From Neocallimastix sp. 'constans' (taxonomy: Eukaryota), in contig JBODTK010000148.1 of NCBI GenBank assembly GCA_050613775.1, positions 186,001-250,000 of the forward strand: a stretch of 64,000 nucleotides of DNA, given 5' to 3'. Below the pieces are notes generated by a model, which was not told the DNA's origin, made no database searches, and saw only the letters and a program-made list of their open reading frames with translations. Positions 62,129 to 64,000 of the stretch are shown one piece after another. The position numbers and the translations under genes were made by a program. Each line of letters opens with the position of its first letter. The first letter of the stretch is position 1.

Positions 62129-62503
62129 ATCAACATAATATTGATGGATCTTCCATTTTTTTTTTATTAATTTTTTTTTTAAATATAATATATAAAAAAA
62201 TAGATAAATAGATAAATAAATAAATACTATAAATACAATAAATAAATAATTATAAATTTAATGATGTTAACATTCATACTACCAACACTATTTAAATAAA
62301 TTACAAAAAAAAAAAAGTAATATATAAATATTACTATGCTATATAACATACAATACTATATCTTCTTAAAATAACACTATAAAAATAAATAATAAATAGT
62401 AATATAAAGTGTAACACTAAATATAAAGATAGGATTTGTGTAAAGCCATAAAATTATCCAAACTTCAATGCTTATTTAATTTGAATATTTATTGAAATAA
62501 TAA

Positions 62504-62540
<37 letters not shown>

Positions 62541-62917
62541 ATTTTACCCACAAAACGTAATAATATTTCATAGGCATAATAAATATAGGATAGAATGAAT
62601 AATAATATGTATTAAATGTATAAAAATTTTCAATTAATAAAATTTTATAATAAGGAAATAAAATGATATGATAATTAATAATTTATAAAAAATAATAATG
62701 TACACAGAATAAATTAAATTGTTATTACAGTATACCTAGATTTAAGAGGGAATGCGTTAGAATATGTGAATATGAGCTACAATGTATAACTACATAAATA
62801 TGTAAATTAAAATAATTAAATACTAGCTACTCTTAATTTAAAATAAATTAATATTTTTTTTTATCATAAAAAAAATTAATAAAGTTGATATAATTATGAA
62901 CTCTAAATTCTTGACTC

Positions 62918-62965
<48 letters not shown>

Positions 62966-63115
62966 CATTATTTTATTTATTATTGTTATTTTTTTATTAT
63001 TATTATATATATTTATTATTAGTATTATTATTATTATTCCCATAAAATACTAATCATTATATTTTATCACTATTACTGAAATAACATTATTAAATAAAAT
63101 AAATTATATAAGATA

Positions 63116-63162
<47 letters not shown>

Positions 63163-63752
63163 ATTCTGAATTTTATTTTAATTAATTATTTAAAAAAAAA
63201 AATTTTTTTTATTTTTTTGTTTCTCTTTTTTTCTTTCCTCTCACTCAACTTTTTTTTTTTTAATTCCAACATAAATAAAAAAATTTTATTATTTATTTTA
63301 ATCGTTCATTCAATATATATTTAATTTTTTTTTTATTTTATTTATTTTATTTTTTTTTTTTTTTTTATTTTTTATTCTTATTATTATTATTATTATATTT
63401 ACTTTTAATTTATATATATATATATTATATATATTTAAATAAAGAAAAAAAAAATTAAAAAAAAAAAATAAAAAAAAAAAAAAATGAATAAAAGAAAAAA
63501 TTTTATTCCTTCTTTTTTTTTTTTTTTTTTTTTTTTTTTGATTTTTTTGATATTGCTATATTTTTTATCTATAATTTTCAATATAAGATTATTACTATTT
63601 TTTTTTAAAAAAAAAAATTATATATAAAATAATTATTTGAAAAAGGCTTTTTTTTTTTAGTTATTATTATTATTTTTAAATAATAGGTTTGATAAATTAT
63701 TATTATTTTATTTTATTCTTTACTGTGATTATTTAATGATGATGAATCGAAT

Positions 63753-64000
63753 CTATGCCCAAATCTATTTTATTTTTTTTTTTTTTTTTGATTTCAAAAT
63801 TTAAAATTTAAATAATATTAAAAGATAAATAAGAATAGGATAAGTAAATATTTATTTAATTTATTTAATTTTTAATTATTATTCTCTTCTAATTTTTTTT
63901 TTTTTTAATTTTTTTTATTATCTATTTCTCTTACCTTAAGCATACTATCCCAACTACCAGTACAAAGGGCCATACCATCAGATGAAACACCAAGGCAACT
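63753..64000 (-). CDS. Heterotrimeric G-protein beta subunit, 3' end (partial; continues beyond the window)
   Basis: Minus strand 64000-63935 encodes [22 protein letters not shown]; intron 63934-63765 (GTAAG...TAG); a 12-nt last coding exon 63764-63753 encodes IWA-stop. This is the conserved last WD40 repeat of G-beta. Confidence 0.92.

Overview
Extremely AT-rich eukaryotic genomic DNA with long poly-A/poly-T runs, microsatellites and GT-AG introns. The composition and gene content suggest an anaerobic gut fungus (Neocallimastigomycota); this is an inference. In order, the window holds: (1) an 87-aa ORF carrying an RVxF-type PP1-docking module (955-1218, -); (2) about 27 kb with no recognisable gene, containing a GC-rich, self-complementary two-part island (21.6-22.7 kb) and two minisatellites; (3) two tandem paralogues encoding secreted proteins of four chagasin/I42 cysteine-protease-inhibitor domains each; (4) a decayed Ty1/copia LTR retrotransposon (36633-41630); (5) an intronless, compositionally foreign PCIF1/CAPAM-like adenine-N6 methyltransferase gene lacking the WW domain (44328-45230); (6) a 12-exon YPP1/TTC7-like TPR gene; (7) an OSM1/FRD1-type soluble fumarate reductase; (8) the 3' end of a G-protein beta subunit gene. 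The most unusual items are the PCIF1-like methyltransferase, the four-domain chagasin pair, the unexplained structured island and the minimal PP1 regulator. All family calls come from motif recognition by eye; no database search was run.
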